From the IMG/VR virus record IMGVR_UViG_2791355157_000004, positions 9,313 through 73,312 of that record: 64,000 nucleotides of DNA; one strand, written 5' to 3'. This DNA is from a virus. Its lineage: Duplodnaviria; Caudoviricetes. The translations under genes were made by a program, and so were the position numbers. Under the pieces are notes generated by a model that was not told the origin of the DNA, ran no database searches, and was given only the letters and a program-made list of their open reading frames with translations. The stretch's first letter is position 1. Each line of letters opens with the position of its first letter. Shown piece by piece: positions 8,631 to 16,129 of this stretch.

Positions 8631-9023
8631 TTATTTCATCAGTGCTGCCAGTACCGCGTTGGCCAGCGGGTTGTCGTTCTTCGCTGGCTCATCGTTCTGT
8701 GCTGCGCGACGCAGCTGCACGGTGAGGTTCAGCTCGACTTCTTTACCCGGCTCCAGCTGGGCGGCCAGCAGCTGCAGCTGTTCCAGCAGCGTGTTCTTGG
8801 CCTGCGCCATCTGGTTCCATTCGCTGTTGTTGGTGTTGGCACGGGCAGGTTTCATGTCGTCCAGCGGTAAGCCCACTGGCAGTGAGATGAACTCTTCGCC
8901 GGCCTGCACACCCACGTTCAGCCAGAACTCGGATGGTTTGCGCGGTTGCTGCGGATTCTGGGCAGACGCGTTGTTGCCTTTAACCAGAGATGATGAAGTC
9001 AGTGCAGAATTTAAAACAGCCAT
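8631..9023 (-). CDS. N4 gp2-like ssDNA-binding RNAPII activator
   Basis: 130 aa; FWLNVG, FISLPVGLPLD and TVQLRR motifs; lies behind a hairpin promoter next to the gp1-like gene. Confidence 0.82.
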   Translation of the reverse strand: MAVLNSALTSSSLVKGNNASAQNPQQPRKPSEFWLNVGVQAGEEFISLPVGLPLDDMKPARANTNNSEWNQMAQAKNTLLEQLQLLAAQLEPGKEVELNLTVQLRRAAQNDEPAKNDNPLANAVLAALMK

Positions 9024-9068
9024 GGTATGTCTCCGAATTTAAAAGAAAAAGGTTTTGGGCATAGTTAC

Positions 9069-9087
9069 CCATTAGCGGCGAAGCCGC
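9069..9087 (-). promoter_or_regulatory. vRNAP hairpin promoter (+1 near 9070)
   Basis: CC-ATTA-GCGGC-GAA-GCCGC. Confidence 0.85.
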
Positions 9088-9129
9088 CGCTAACAGACAG
9101 GGAAGGGCGTACAGAAAGCAGGATCGGGT

Positions 9130-9477
9130 TCAGAAATGCAGAACACCCTGCGCGACAGGGCTGGGCATGGCCATAAGGCTGCTCAGGTCTGCGCTCTCAA
9201 AATCAGGGGCATCTTTATCCAGCTCGTACTGGGTGCGGATGTCATTGAGGATGGCACGGTTGAGTTTGATGGCGCTCAGATCGCGCAGTGCCATGATAAT
9301 GGCCGATACCGGCTGGATACGTCCTGGCTCTTTCACTCCCCGCAGCAGCACACGCGAATCTTCTAAGAAGCGCGCTCGCAGTGCCGGGTCGGATTTGTGG
9401 CTCCAGATCATCTGACGGGTCAGTTTACGGCGGGTCCACATACGGCGGGCAAGGGCAGCCCGTGCAGTCATACACAT
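9130..9477 (-). CDS. N4 gp1-like early protein
   Basis: AGGAG SD; ARAALARRMWTRR...HKSDP...IQPVSAII resembles N4 gp1; synteny with gp2. Confidence 0.72.
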   Translation of the reverse strand: MCMTARAALARRMWTRRKLTRQMIWSHKSDPALRARFLEDSRVLLRGVKEPGRIQPVSAIIMALRDLSAIKLNRAILNDIRTQYELDKDAPDFESADLSSLMAMPSPVAQGVLHF

Positions 9478-9506
9478 AATTGATCTCCTGATTTGATGGG
9501 TGGTGG

Positions 9507-9526
9507 CCATCAGCGGCGAAGCCGCT
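9507..9526 (-). promoter_or_regulatory. vRNAP hairpin promoter (+1 near 9508)
   Basis: CC-ATCA-GCGGC-GAA-GCCGC. Confidence 0.85.
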
Positions 9527-9919
9527 ACTTCACATCTATGAAGTGTTACTTATTAAGTATGAAGGATTCATGCAACGCTTCCAGCGTTCGCATGCTCTCC
9601 ATGTAAAACTTTACATGATTGCTTATTGGGTCCTGCACGTGGTTTTTAACCACGGTCAGCATCAGTATGGCAATGTACCGGTTATCGCCTTTTGCTGCGT
9701 GCAGCTCGGCGAGCACCTCATAGGTGCGCATGATTCAGCTCCTGTGCAATGGCCACGGTCAGGGCGATATCGGTGATATCCCTGAATCGCGGCATTTTGT
9801 GTTTGGGATGTTTACCCAGGTACCAGGCGAGGATAATGGTCTCCTCGAACTGCCGATCGCGGTGGGCGAACATGTCATGGAGGATTCTGGCTGGTTTAAC
9901 ATAATCCGTATTTAGCGCA

Positions 9920-10093
9920 CTATAGGCCATAGATAGCCTGCGCGACAGAACCCAGTGTCAGTGTGTCGCAGGATTCTTTGGTGCGCCAGGGTGCGTTCAG
10001 CCAGAGTCCGTAGACGGCCCTCATGACGTTCACGTTGGCACCAACCAGCTCATCGCTGCCGCGCATGAGCATATAGATTTCACCTGCCTTCAT
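9920..10093 (-). CDS. Glu5 mini-protein (MKAGEIYMLMRG..., 57 aa)
   Basis: Read by hand; paralog of adjacent ORFs. Confidence 0.7.
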   Translation of the reverse strand: MKAGEIYMLMRGSDELVGANVNVMRAVYGLWLNAPWRTKESCDTLTLGSVAQAIYGL

Positions 10094-10283
10094 AGATAGT
10101 CCTCACTAATGCAGCCAGTTGGCCGGTGTCCATTAACTTGTGTTGCGTAACCATAGTGCCGTCTTCCAGCTTAGCGCGCCGGTAAACACGCCAGACGTGA
10201 TATACCCTGCGTGCCGCGGTATTGTCCTCGATGCGCGGTGAGTCACCGCGAATCTCTGCAAAAATCTCTGCTGCTTTTAACAA
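10080..10283 (-). CDS. Glu5 mini-protein (LKAAEIFAEIRG...)
   Basis: KAxEI...RG motif. Confidence 0.68.
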   Translation of the reverse strand: MLKAAEIFAEIRGDSPRIEDNTAARRVYHVWRVYRRAKLEDGTMVTQHKLMDTGQLAALVRTIYEGR

Positions 10284-10419
10284 TTTCTATCCCCAGCTTA
10301 ACCAGGCCACGGGTGTCGCCTATTTCATCTTTGTACGTCCGGAACAGTGCGTGTAATGCGCCGGTGTACTCCGCGTCAGGATTACCCCTTAACAGAATGA
10401 AGATCTCAACTGCCTTCAT
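10243..10419 (-). CDS. Glu5 mini-protein (MKAVEIFILLRG..., 58 aa)
   Basis: Read by hand; AAGGA SD; KAxEI...RG motif. Confidence 0.7.
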   Translation of the reverse strand: MKAVEIFILLRGNPDAEYTGALHALFRTYKDEIGDTRGLVKLGIEIVKSSRDFCRDSR

Positions 10420-10585
10420 ATATGTCCTTCGCCATAACGGCCAGTTTCCGTGCTGTTATTCTGTGGAGCACAAAATCCTCACCGTCTTCCCACGCATACC
10501 ACACTTCATTTATCAGTCTTGATGAATTCAGATGCGTCGCGACGCTGGTGCCCCGCATCAGTAAAAATATCTCTGCTGCTTTCAT
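10406..10585 (-). CDS. Glu5 mini-protein (MKAAEIFLLMRG..., 59 aa)
   Basis: Read by hand; AAGGAG SD; KAxEI...RG motif. Confidence 0.7.
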   Translation of the reverse strand: MKAAEIFLLMRGTSVATHLNSSRLINEVWYAWEDGEDFVLHRITARKLAVMAKDIYEGS

Positions 10586-10930
10586 GGATCTCCTTTGCGG
10601 TTATCATCAGGCGCATCACGGGTGTGCGCTGACCACCGTCAAATCCCCTGGCAGTGCGCCACACCTGCTCAATAGGGCTATTGCGGAAGTATGACGACTC
10701 CAGCGTAAAGATTGTGTGCAGCACCTCAGACGTCGTCACCCAGCTTCCCCAGTTTATCGGCATACTCTTTATCAGGCTTACCGGCCAGATGCCAGGCATA
10801 GCTGGCCATGTAGACCAGTGGCTTCTTCCTGCCCTCATGCCTGATCATGCTGTAGCGGTAGTGATTCCATGCACGACGTAATTCTGTCTGGTTAATCTGG
10901 TCTGCTGTGATAATTAAATCAGCGACAAGC

Positions 10931-11080
10931 TCACTTAATTGCATAGATGCCTTTCAGATCAGAACGAATAAAGCGGAATGGCAAATGCCATCCCGCTTTT
11001 GATTGTTACCAATGCTGCCCGATAATGACTGTTATCTTTGCAGATCCCAGCATATATAAAAGCAGCTCACCGGTTTTCAT
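10931..11080 (-). pseudogene. Glu5 family member with an in-frame TAA at codon 25
   Basis: MKTGELLLYMLG...QHW*QSK...LKGIYAIK*; the frame resumes and ends in the family's 14-nt overlap. Confidence 0.5.
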
Positions 11081-12402
11081 TATACTGCCTTACGGTTGTT
11101 CCTTACCTTTCAGAATACTGTCCAGGTCGTCGAGCGCCGTGTTCAGCTTCTTCAGTGGCTCATGCTTTATGTCTTTGCGATAGCAATGATCGGTTAGCAT
11201 AGTCCTGACTTTATGACTGCTGAGCATCATGATAAGGATGTTTCGTATTTTCACTATTCAACACTTAATTGAAACCCCAGTTTCTTACAGATGCCAGGGA
11301 TATGTTTAAACGAGGGCAATATAGTACGGCGATAGCCTTTCGTTGAATAGTCAGCGTGAGAGATAATTGCTTGTTTAAGGGTTGGTTTGGTCCACAAATA
11401 TTTCATTAGTGCTTACTCCATGGGTATGCACACACCGGCCAGGATGCGTGCGGAAGTATGTGACATTGTCACACGGGATTAACGTCAGTGCATTTCGCGC
11501 TGATGTATATTTCCTTGGCGAGTTGCTGGGCGAGCCACCAGTCACTGAAACTGCCCCCGGCCATGCGGAGCGTATGCAGAATTGCACCGCTGGTGGCGCT
11601 GGTGGTAAGAATAAGATGAAGCACTTCATTCAATGACATGGCGCTTCCTCTTATTATCACGATGGTTCATGATGAGCGCCATAATAATCCAGAAGGCGAT
11701 TAAGCCTCCTGTTAACAGAGTGTCTTTGCACATGGTTCACCTGCGGATAATAAAGGTTACAGCATGATGTTAATTAACCACTTCGCTCTTCCGAGATAGT
11801 TTCCGGTGAACCGGATACCATCAATGGTTATTTGCGCGTGGTACATGTAAAAGTCCTGAGGTATTTCACTGCGCTGCGTTGTGTTCTCGATAATAAACTC
11901 ATCGATGCCAGCTAGTGCGTGAAGCTTTATTTGTTTGATAATTTCAGGTGTCAGATAAAGTAATTTATCGTCATTCTGATTACGCAGCATGTTATATTTC
12001 AAGGATGTTCACCAGGTTTAATGCCATAGACAGGTTATAAGAGGGAAATACCATGCCGGCATGATTAGCATGGATAAGGAAGCAGTTTTCTAGGGTTGAG
12101 CCGGCTTTTATCTCAAGATAAATGCGGACCAACACCTCGCTGAGTCGTACAGATTTCACGTAGCGTGACCTCTGTGACTCCAGACCTCGTGAGTCTGGAG
12201 TCACAATCAATGACGGCGTTTGCGCATGTGGTATGGAAAATGGCGCTGCGCCGTGCGGTACAGCTTCCAGCGCTTGCGGATGATCAGCCAGTGATGGATA
12301 GACTGCACGCTGGCGAACACGGCCATGATGATGGCCACGCCAATGAGCCCGATGCCTAACCAGGCGCTCAGGTGATGGGTGTCTTCGACGTGTGATGCGG
12401 CG

Positions 12403-12570
12403 TTAATCAGTAATTCGTGCATGGTATAGCTCCTGAATGATGTGCTGAATTTTTATGGGTACCAGATCGGGATCTGATGGTATGGCGTCAAAAACCAGAG
12501 GGTTGAGGCGCCACTGCGTATAGGTATTGGCCTCGATGAGGATGTAATGCAGGTATTCCACGAACGTCAC
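12403..12570 (-). CDS. Glu5 mini-protein (MTFVEYLHYIL..., 55 aa)
   Basis: AGGAGG SD plus GTG; read by hand. Confidence 0.62.
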   Translation of the reverse strand: MTFVEYLHYILIEANTYTQWRLNPLVFDAIPSDPDLVPIKIQHIIQELYHARITD

Positions 12571-13156
12571 CACCACCTCCTGCGGATGAGAGTGTTACGC
12601 ATCGCAGATCTCCTTCATGACAAAGAACACTTCATCCGGATAGATGGCGGTAACCGTGTAACTGTCGGTGGCTTCGATGGCACTGTTGAACAGTCCGGCA
12701 TGCAGCAGGTTTGTTCTGCTGGCATTCTCGATCAGCGCACTGAACAGGATGGTGATGAGGCTATTCGGTATTGCGTGCGTAGAGCGCTTACGCTGTGAAT
12801 TGTCCGGTGAACTCGTTGACATAAATCTGCTTCTCTTCACGTGACAACGTAATGGTTGTCTGGCCCTGGATTCTCAGGACAAAGGGCAATGCCATATTCA
12901 GGTCGGTGCCCAGAAGATACTGTGCAAACTTAACGGCTTGAGCGTGGTCAATGCGAACTTTCTTAAAGTTGAACATGGTAGCTGTCTCCTCGACTAATTC
13001 CCATACAATGATGGTTAAAGCGCACCAGACAGGCTTTAGGCTGTCTTTAGTGCAAAGGCATACCTTTGGGTGCAGATAGTCTTTAGGAGCGCACTGTGTG
13101 CTTCCTGCTGGTCTATCACCCTGCCTGAACAACGGGGCCGCCAGGCCCCGCAGTGT

Positions 13157-13474
13157 TTAGTCGAACAGTGCTGCGCATTCGACAAACAGTTCCTGCAACT
13201 CAGTTGAGTGTGCAAGTTCTTGTTTAATCGCATGCTTCTGCGTAGCGAGACGCAGTGCTGCTGAGTCTTTGGAGGTGACACGATGCACGATGAGATCGTG
13301 TTTGGTATCCACCTCTGCTTTGGCATACATGGCTGATGCCTTGAGGTTTAGGGTGCCTAAGGCTTTGGAGATAGTCTCCACAGTACCTGTTACACCCTGA
13401 GCTAAGCTGCTCACTGTGTTCATTACGTCAACGACTGCGCCTGTTGATGATGCGGTTACGCCTTTGTTTAACAT
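13157..13474 (-). CDS. first early protein (MLNKGVTAS...), hypothetical
   Basis: AGGAG SD; directly after the hairpin promoter at 13513. Confidence 0.72.
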   Translation of the reverse strand: MLNKGVTASSTGAVVDVMNTVSSLAQGVTGTVETISKALGTLNLKASAMYAKAEVDTKHDLIVHRVTSKDSAALRLATQKHAIKQELAHSTELQELFVECAALFD

Positions 13475-13511
13475 GGTGATGCTCCTGATCCTGATAGTGA
13501 TGGCATGATTG

Positions 13512-13530
13512 CCACTACCGGCGAAGCTGG
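13512..13530 (-). promoter_or_regulatory. vRNAP hairpin promoter with one G-T pair (+1 near 13513)
   Basis: CC-ACTA-CCGGC-GAA-GCTGG. Confidence 0.68.
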
Positions 13531-13619
13531 CCCACACACGAAGGAGGAGGCAAACCGGGGGGGAGTGTCCGGTGTTGTGTAATGTGTGGGGCCACACCCC
13601 TACTCTCAGACGTCACCAT

Positions 13620-13647
13620 AAAAAAATGGCCAACCTTTCGGTCAGCC
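13620..13647 (-). terminator. rho-independent terminator
   Basis: GGCTGACC-GAAA-GGTTGGCC followed by A and T7. Confidence 0.72.
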
Positions 13648-13818
13648 TTTTGGTATTGGCCGCCTGGCCAGTTCCTTTTGCAGCTCTGCTATCTGCCGCT
13701 CCAGGGAGACTATCCGTCCCTGATAGTGCGCGGTCAGGATCTCCATGTTCTCTTTGTTCTGCTGGGTCAGGCGTTGCCGTGTGCGATCGCAGTTATCGCA
13801 GTTCTTTGGTCTTCCCAT
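13642..13818 (-). CDS. 58-aa CxxC plus coiled-coil protein (MGRPKNCDNC...)
   Basis: Read by hand; ends in the terminator. Confidence 0.55.
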   Translation of the reverse strand: MGRPKNCDNCDRTRQRLTQQNKENMEILTAHYQGRIVSLERQIAELQKELARRPIPKG

Positions 13819-13827
13819 ATTTCATAC

Positions 13828-14121
13828 TTAATATTTCACACGTATGAGGTACCGGGGGTACACGGTCTCACCGTCGATGTCCTTAGTGGCCAGCATCTCA
13901 ACCTCAAAGCGCTGGCTGCCCGGGTAGGCTTCAGTGATGAGGATGTGAAGACGCTGGATGAGTTTGTCCCTGAGCTTCGCAGCCTGACGCCGTTTCTTCG
14001 TCGGGAACAGGACTTTCAGTCCGGTAAAGAACTGCGCGGAGATGAGGTGCTGATGAACCAGCAACTGATAGGCGAGCGCTTCCTGGCCCGTTGACCTGTG
14101 CGTCACTACGATGATGCTCAT
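13828..14121 (-). CDS. hypothetical protein
   Basis: AAGGA SD; co-oriented. Confidence 0.62.
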   Translation of the reverse strand: MSIIVVTHRSTGQEALAYQLLVHQHLISAQFFTGLKVLFPTKKRRQAAKLRDKLIQRLHILITEAYPGSQRFEVEMLATKDIDGETVYPRYLIRVKY

Positions 14122-14168
14122 GGATGGTGTCCTTGCAATGCCGGTACCAGGCGGTACCGGGGGGGTCG

Positions 14169-14657
14169 TCAGATGATTGCGTTAAGTTTGGCGGTAAGCT
14201 TCAGAATAATATCGTTGAGCTCTTTGGCCGTATTGCCGTTGGTAACGTTACGCAGGGAACCGCACAGCTGGCTGATCAGGTCAGCGAGGTGCTGGCGCTC
14301 CTGCGCGCGCGCATAGTCTTCGCTTAACGAAGAATTAACAACTACTTTTTCTGGGGAATTGACTTCTGCCTCCGACTGCGCGCACGTGCTGACGTGTGTC
14401 ACCTGCCAGTCATCGGCGTGCATATCACCCTGGCTCGGCACCCAGGGGACGACGCTGCCCTGCGCGTTCTTCAGCGCGTAGTAGCTGCCGTACGGAACGA
14501 GGTTATCGGGGAAGTGGTCTTTGATCACCTCCATGCGTGCCGGGTAGTTGCCGGCGGGGACGAACCAGACAAACTGGCCCTTGCCGTTCCAGCCCTGGCG
14601 CTGGATAGCCTTGCCGTCTGCGGTACATGCACGCAGCGCTTCAGCGAAATTCATCAT
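14169..14657 (-). CDS. tad2: DUF2829 / Tad2-like nucleotide-sponge protein with C-terminal extension
   Basis: MNFAEAL...RQGWNGKGQFV...PWVPSQGDMHADDW is the DUF2829 signature. Confidence 0.8.
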   Translation of the reverse strand: MMNFAEALRACTADGKAIQRQGWNGKGQFVWFVPAGNYPARMEVIKDHFPDNLVPYGSYYALKNAQGSVVPWVPSQGDMHADDWQVTHVSTCAQSEAEVNSPEKVVVNSSLSEDYARAQERQHLADLISQLCGSLRNVTNGNTAKELNDIILKLTAKLNAII

Positions 14658-14902
14658 GGAACCGATTCCTTTTTTGGTTTTTGGGGGGGCGTGCTGGCCT
14701 TGTATTTGCGTTTGCCCATCATCTGCAGGCGCAGATCCTGGATAACGGCGATGGCGCACATCACTGGGTAGTGGCGGTAAAGCGCCAGCAAAGAATGCTC
14801 CAGCTCGGCCATGTTGCGGTGCATCCGCTTACGCACGCACTCTTCACCCGCGCAGTGGCCGATGAAGTACGCGAGGCACATCAATAGAATGGTGATGATC
14901 AT
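14654..14902 (-). CDS. hypothetical membrane-anchored protein
   Basis: Hydrophobic N-terminus; ATGA overlap with the next gene. Confidence 0.55.
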   Translation of the reverse strand: MIITILLMCLAYFIGHCAGEECVRKRMHRNMAELEHSLLALYRHYPVMCAIAVIQDLRLQMMGKRKYKASTPPQKPKKESVP

Positions 14903-14954
14903 GTGGGTCCTTGGTTCATTTGAGGGCGCCGCAGCGCCCCAGCCGGGAAGGAGA

Positions 14955-15260
14955 TTAGCGGGATAACTGCATATTCATGAGCGATGGGTGGACTAACTGG
15001 CGGGTCATGTCGTAGCCCTTGCGGAAGAGGCAAGTGGTCAGCAGATCGAGACTCAGTTCAGACAGCTGGCCAGTCAACATGGCGCGGGCTTCATCGATGG
15101 TGATCTGGTGATCCTGGGCGAAGTGGGCGACCCCATTCTCTTCACCGCCGTAATCCATTGTTAACAGAATGAGAAAATCTGCTTTTAGTTTTAAAACCTT
15201 ACGCTCGATATGGTTATCAGTCAGAACGTCAAAGGGGGAAGCGACTTTTAGCGACAGCAT
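14955..15260 (-). CDS. XRE/HigA2-like (HTH_37-type) helix-turn-helix protein
   Basis: SPFDVL...KLKADFL...AMLTGQLSELSLDLLTTCLFRKGYDM resembles HTH_37 regulators; recognition helix looks divergent. Confidence 0.55.
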   Translation of the reverse strand: MLSLKVASPFDVLTDNHIERKVLKLKADFLILLTMDYGGEENGVAHFAQDHQITIDEARAMLTGQLSELSLDLLTTCLFRKGYDMTRQLVHPSLMNMQLSR

Positions 15261-15273
15261 CTGGTGGACCTGC

Positions 15274-15432
15274 TCAGTTAGGAATTGTCCTATTTAAGCA
15301 CCGCTTTAGCAGCGCGGCAATGACCTGTTCCAATTCTTTTTTGACTAACTTTCTTTCACAGTCGAGCTCTGTGAGGTGGTCATTAAGATGGTGAAACTTT
15401 GCCATCAGTTCTTGCTGAGATCGTGTCGTCAT
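15274..15432 (-). CDS. 52-aa coiled-coil hypothetical protein (MTTRSQQELM...)
   Basis: Read by hand. Confidence 0.45.
   Translation of the reverse strand: MTTRSQQELMAKFHHLNDHLTELDCERKLVKKELEQVIAALLKRCLNRTIPN
15279..15292. promoter_or_regulatory. palindromic operator-like site
   Basis: TAGGAATTGTCCTA, 18 nt upstream of the HTH gene. Confidence 0.55.
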
Positions 15433-15701
15433 GCGGGGCCTTCTTTTATAAATATTCTATATATATCAAATACCTAATCCGTGGCGCCAGGCGGCTCCTT
15501 CCGTTCGCCAAATTGTGTGTATGATGTAACTATTCAGGTACACTAAGGTAAGGCGCCCTCAGGCGCCCTTCATTAAAAATTCTAATGCTAATGACCGTTT
15601 TTCACGGTTCGATATTCGGGTGGTCCGGCTGACAAAAAGAGTGCGATCGCCACTGTCAATCCGGAAGAAAAAGCGACCGTTTAACTGACCCTGGCGGACC
15701 T

Positions 15702-16079
15702 TCAAATCTTGCAACCGTCGCAGTCATCGTCGTTCAGGTCAGCCAGCAGATCGCGGGTTTCGCGTTCCTGGTACAGCGTTTCTTTTAACAAATAACCCTC
15801 AAGTGGCCAGATTTTTTCGAACGCGTTATCGAAGGCGCACTTCTGGCCAATCTCTTCGTTGTAGTTCGACGGATCGACACAGGCGCTGGTGCCTTCCACC
15901 TTGAAGCCGTTCTCCAGCTCGATGATGCAGACGGTCACCAGGCTCAGCTCACCCATGGTGCGCAGGTCAAGTGACGCGTCGGGCGCGAGTGCTGCAAGCA
16001 CGGCGCGGCCGGCGTTGATGTAGTGGACGCTGCGGATTTTGCTCTGGATTAATTCAGGTGTGATTTTACGTTCGGTCAT
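15702..16079 (-). CDS. N4 gp49/Sf6 gp66 family protein (Acb4-like sponge)
   Basis: TVCIIELENGFKVEGTSACVDPSNYNEEIG...KIWPLEGYLL signature. Confidence 0.85.
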   Translation of the reverse strand: MTERKITPELIQSKIRSVHYINAGRAVLAALAPDASLDLRTMGELSLVTVCIIELENGFKVEGTSACVDPSNYNEEIGQKCAFDNAFEKIWPLEGYLLKETLYQERETRDLLADLNDDDCDGCKI

Positions 16080-16102
16080 AGTGATTCTCTCTGGTTCAGA
16101 AA

Positions 16103-16127
16103 GAGAAAAGCCCAGCCGAAGCTGGGC
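16103..16127 (-). terminator. rho-independent terminator
   Basis: AGCCCAGC-TTCG-GCTGGGCT followed by TTTCTCTTT. Confidence 0.72.
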
Positions 16128-16129
16128 TA

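Larger units (their letters stand above)
9546..12976 (-). other. tandem array of about 18 small early ORFs, many of the Glu5 family
   Basis: 9546-9731, 9718-9930, 9920-10093, 10080-10283, 10243-10419, 10406-10585, 10506-10739, 10726-10944, 11090-11254, 11254-11406, 11469-11639, 11626-11733, 11757-12002, 11992-~12160, 12207-12422, 12403-12570, 12595-~12820, 12788-12976. Confidence 0.7.

Noticed and set aside
10075-10590. CRISPR-like repeat-spacer array
   Set aside because: Repeats are degenerate, 140-190 bp apart and coincide with ORF starts; no cas genes
9920-12420. C-terminal KEIY/KDIY/QELY as an independent protein motif
   Set aside because: Largely explained by the next gene's SD and ATG (AAGGAG-N-TATG) being encoded in the tail
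9546-12570. Type IV pilin mimicry (Glu5 followed by hydrophobic residues)
   Set aside because: Hydrophobic stretch is only about 6-8 residues, with no prepilin cleavage Gly or Phe1
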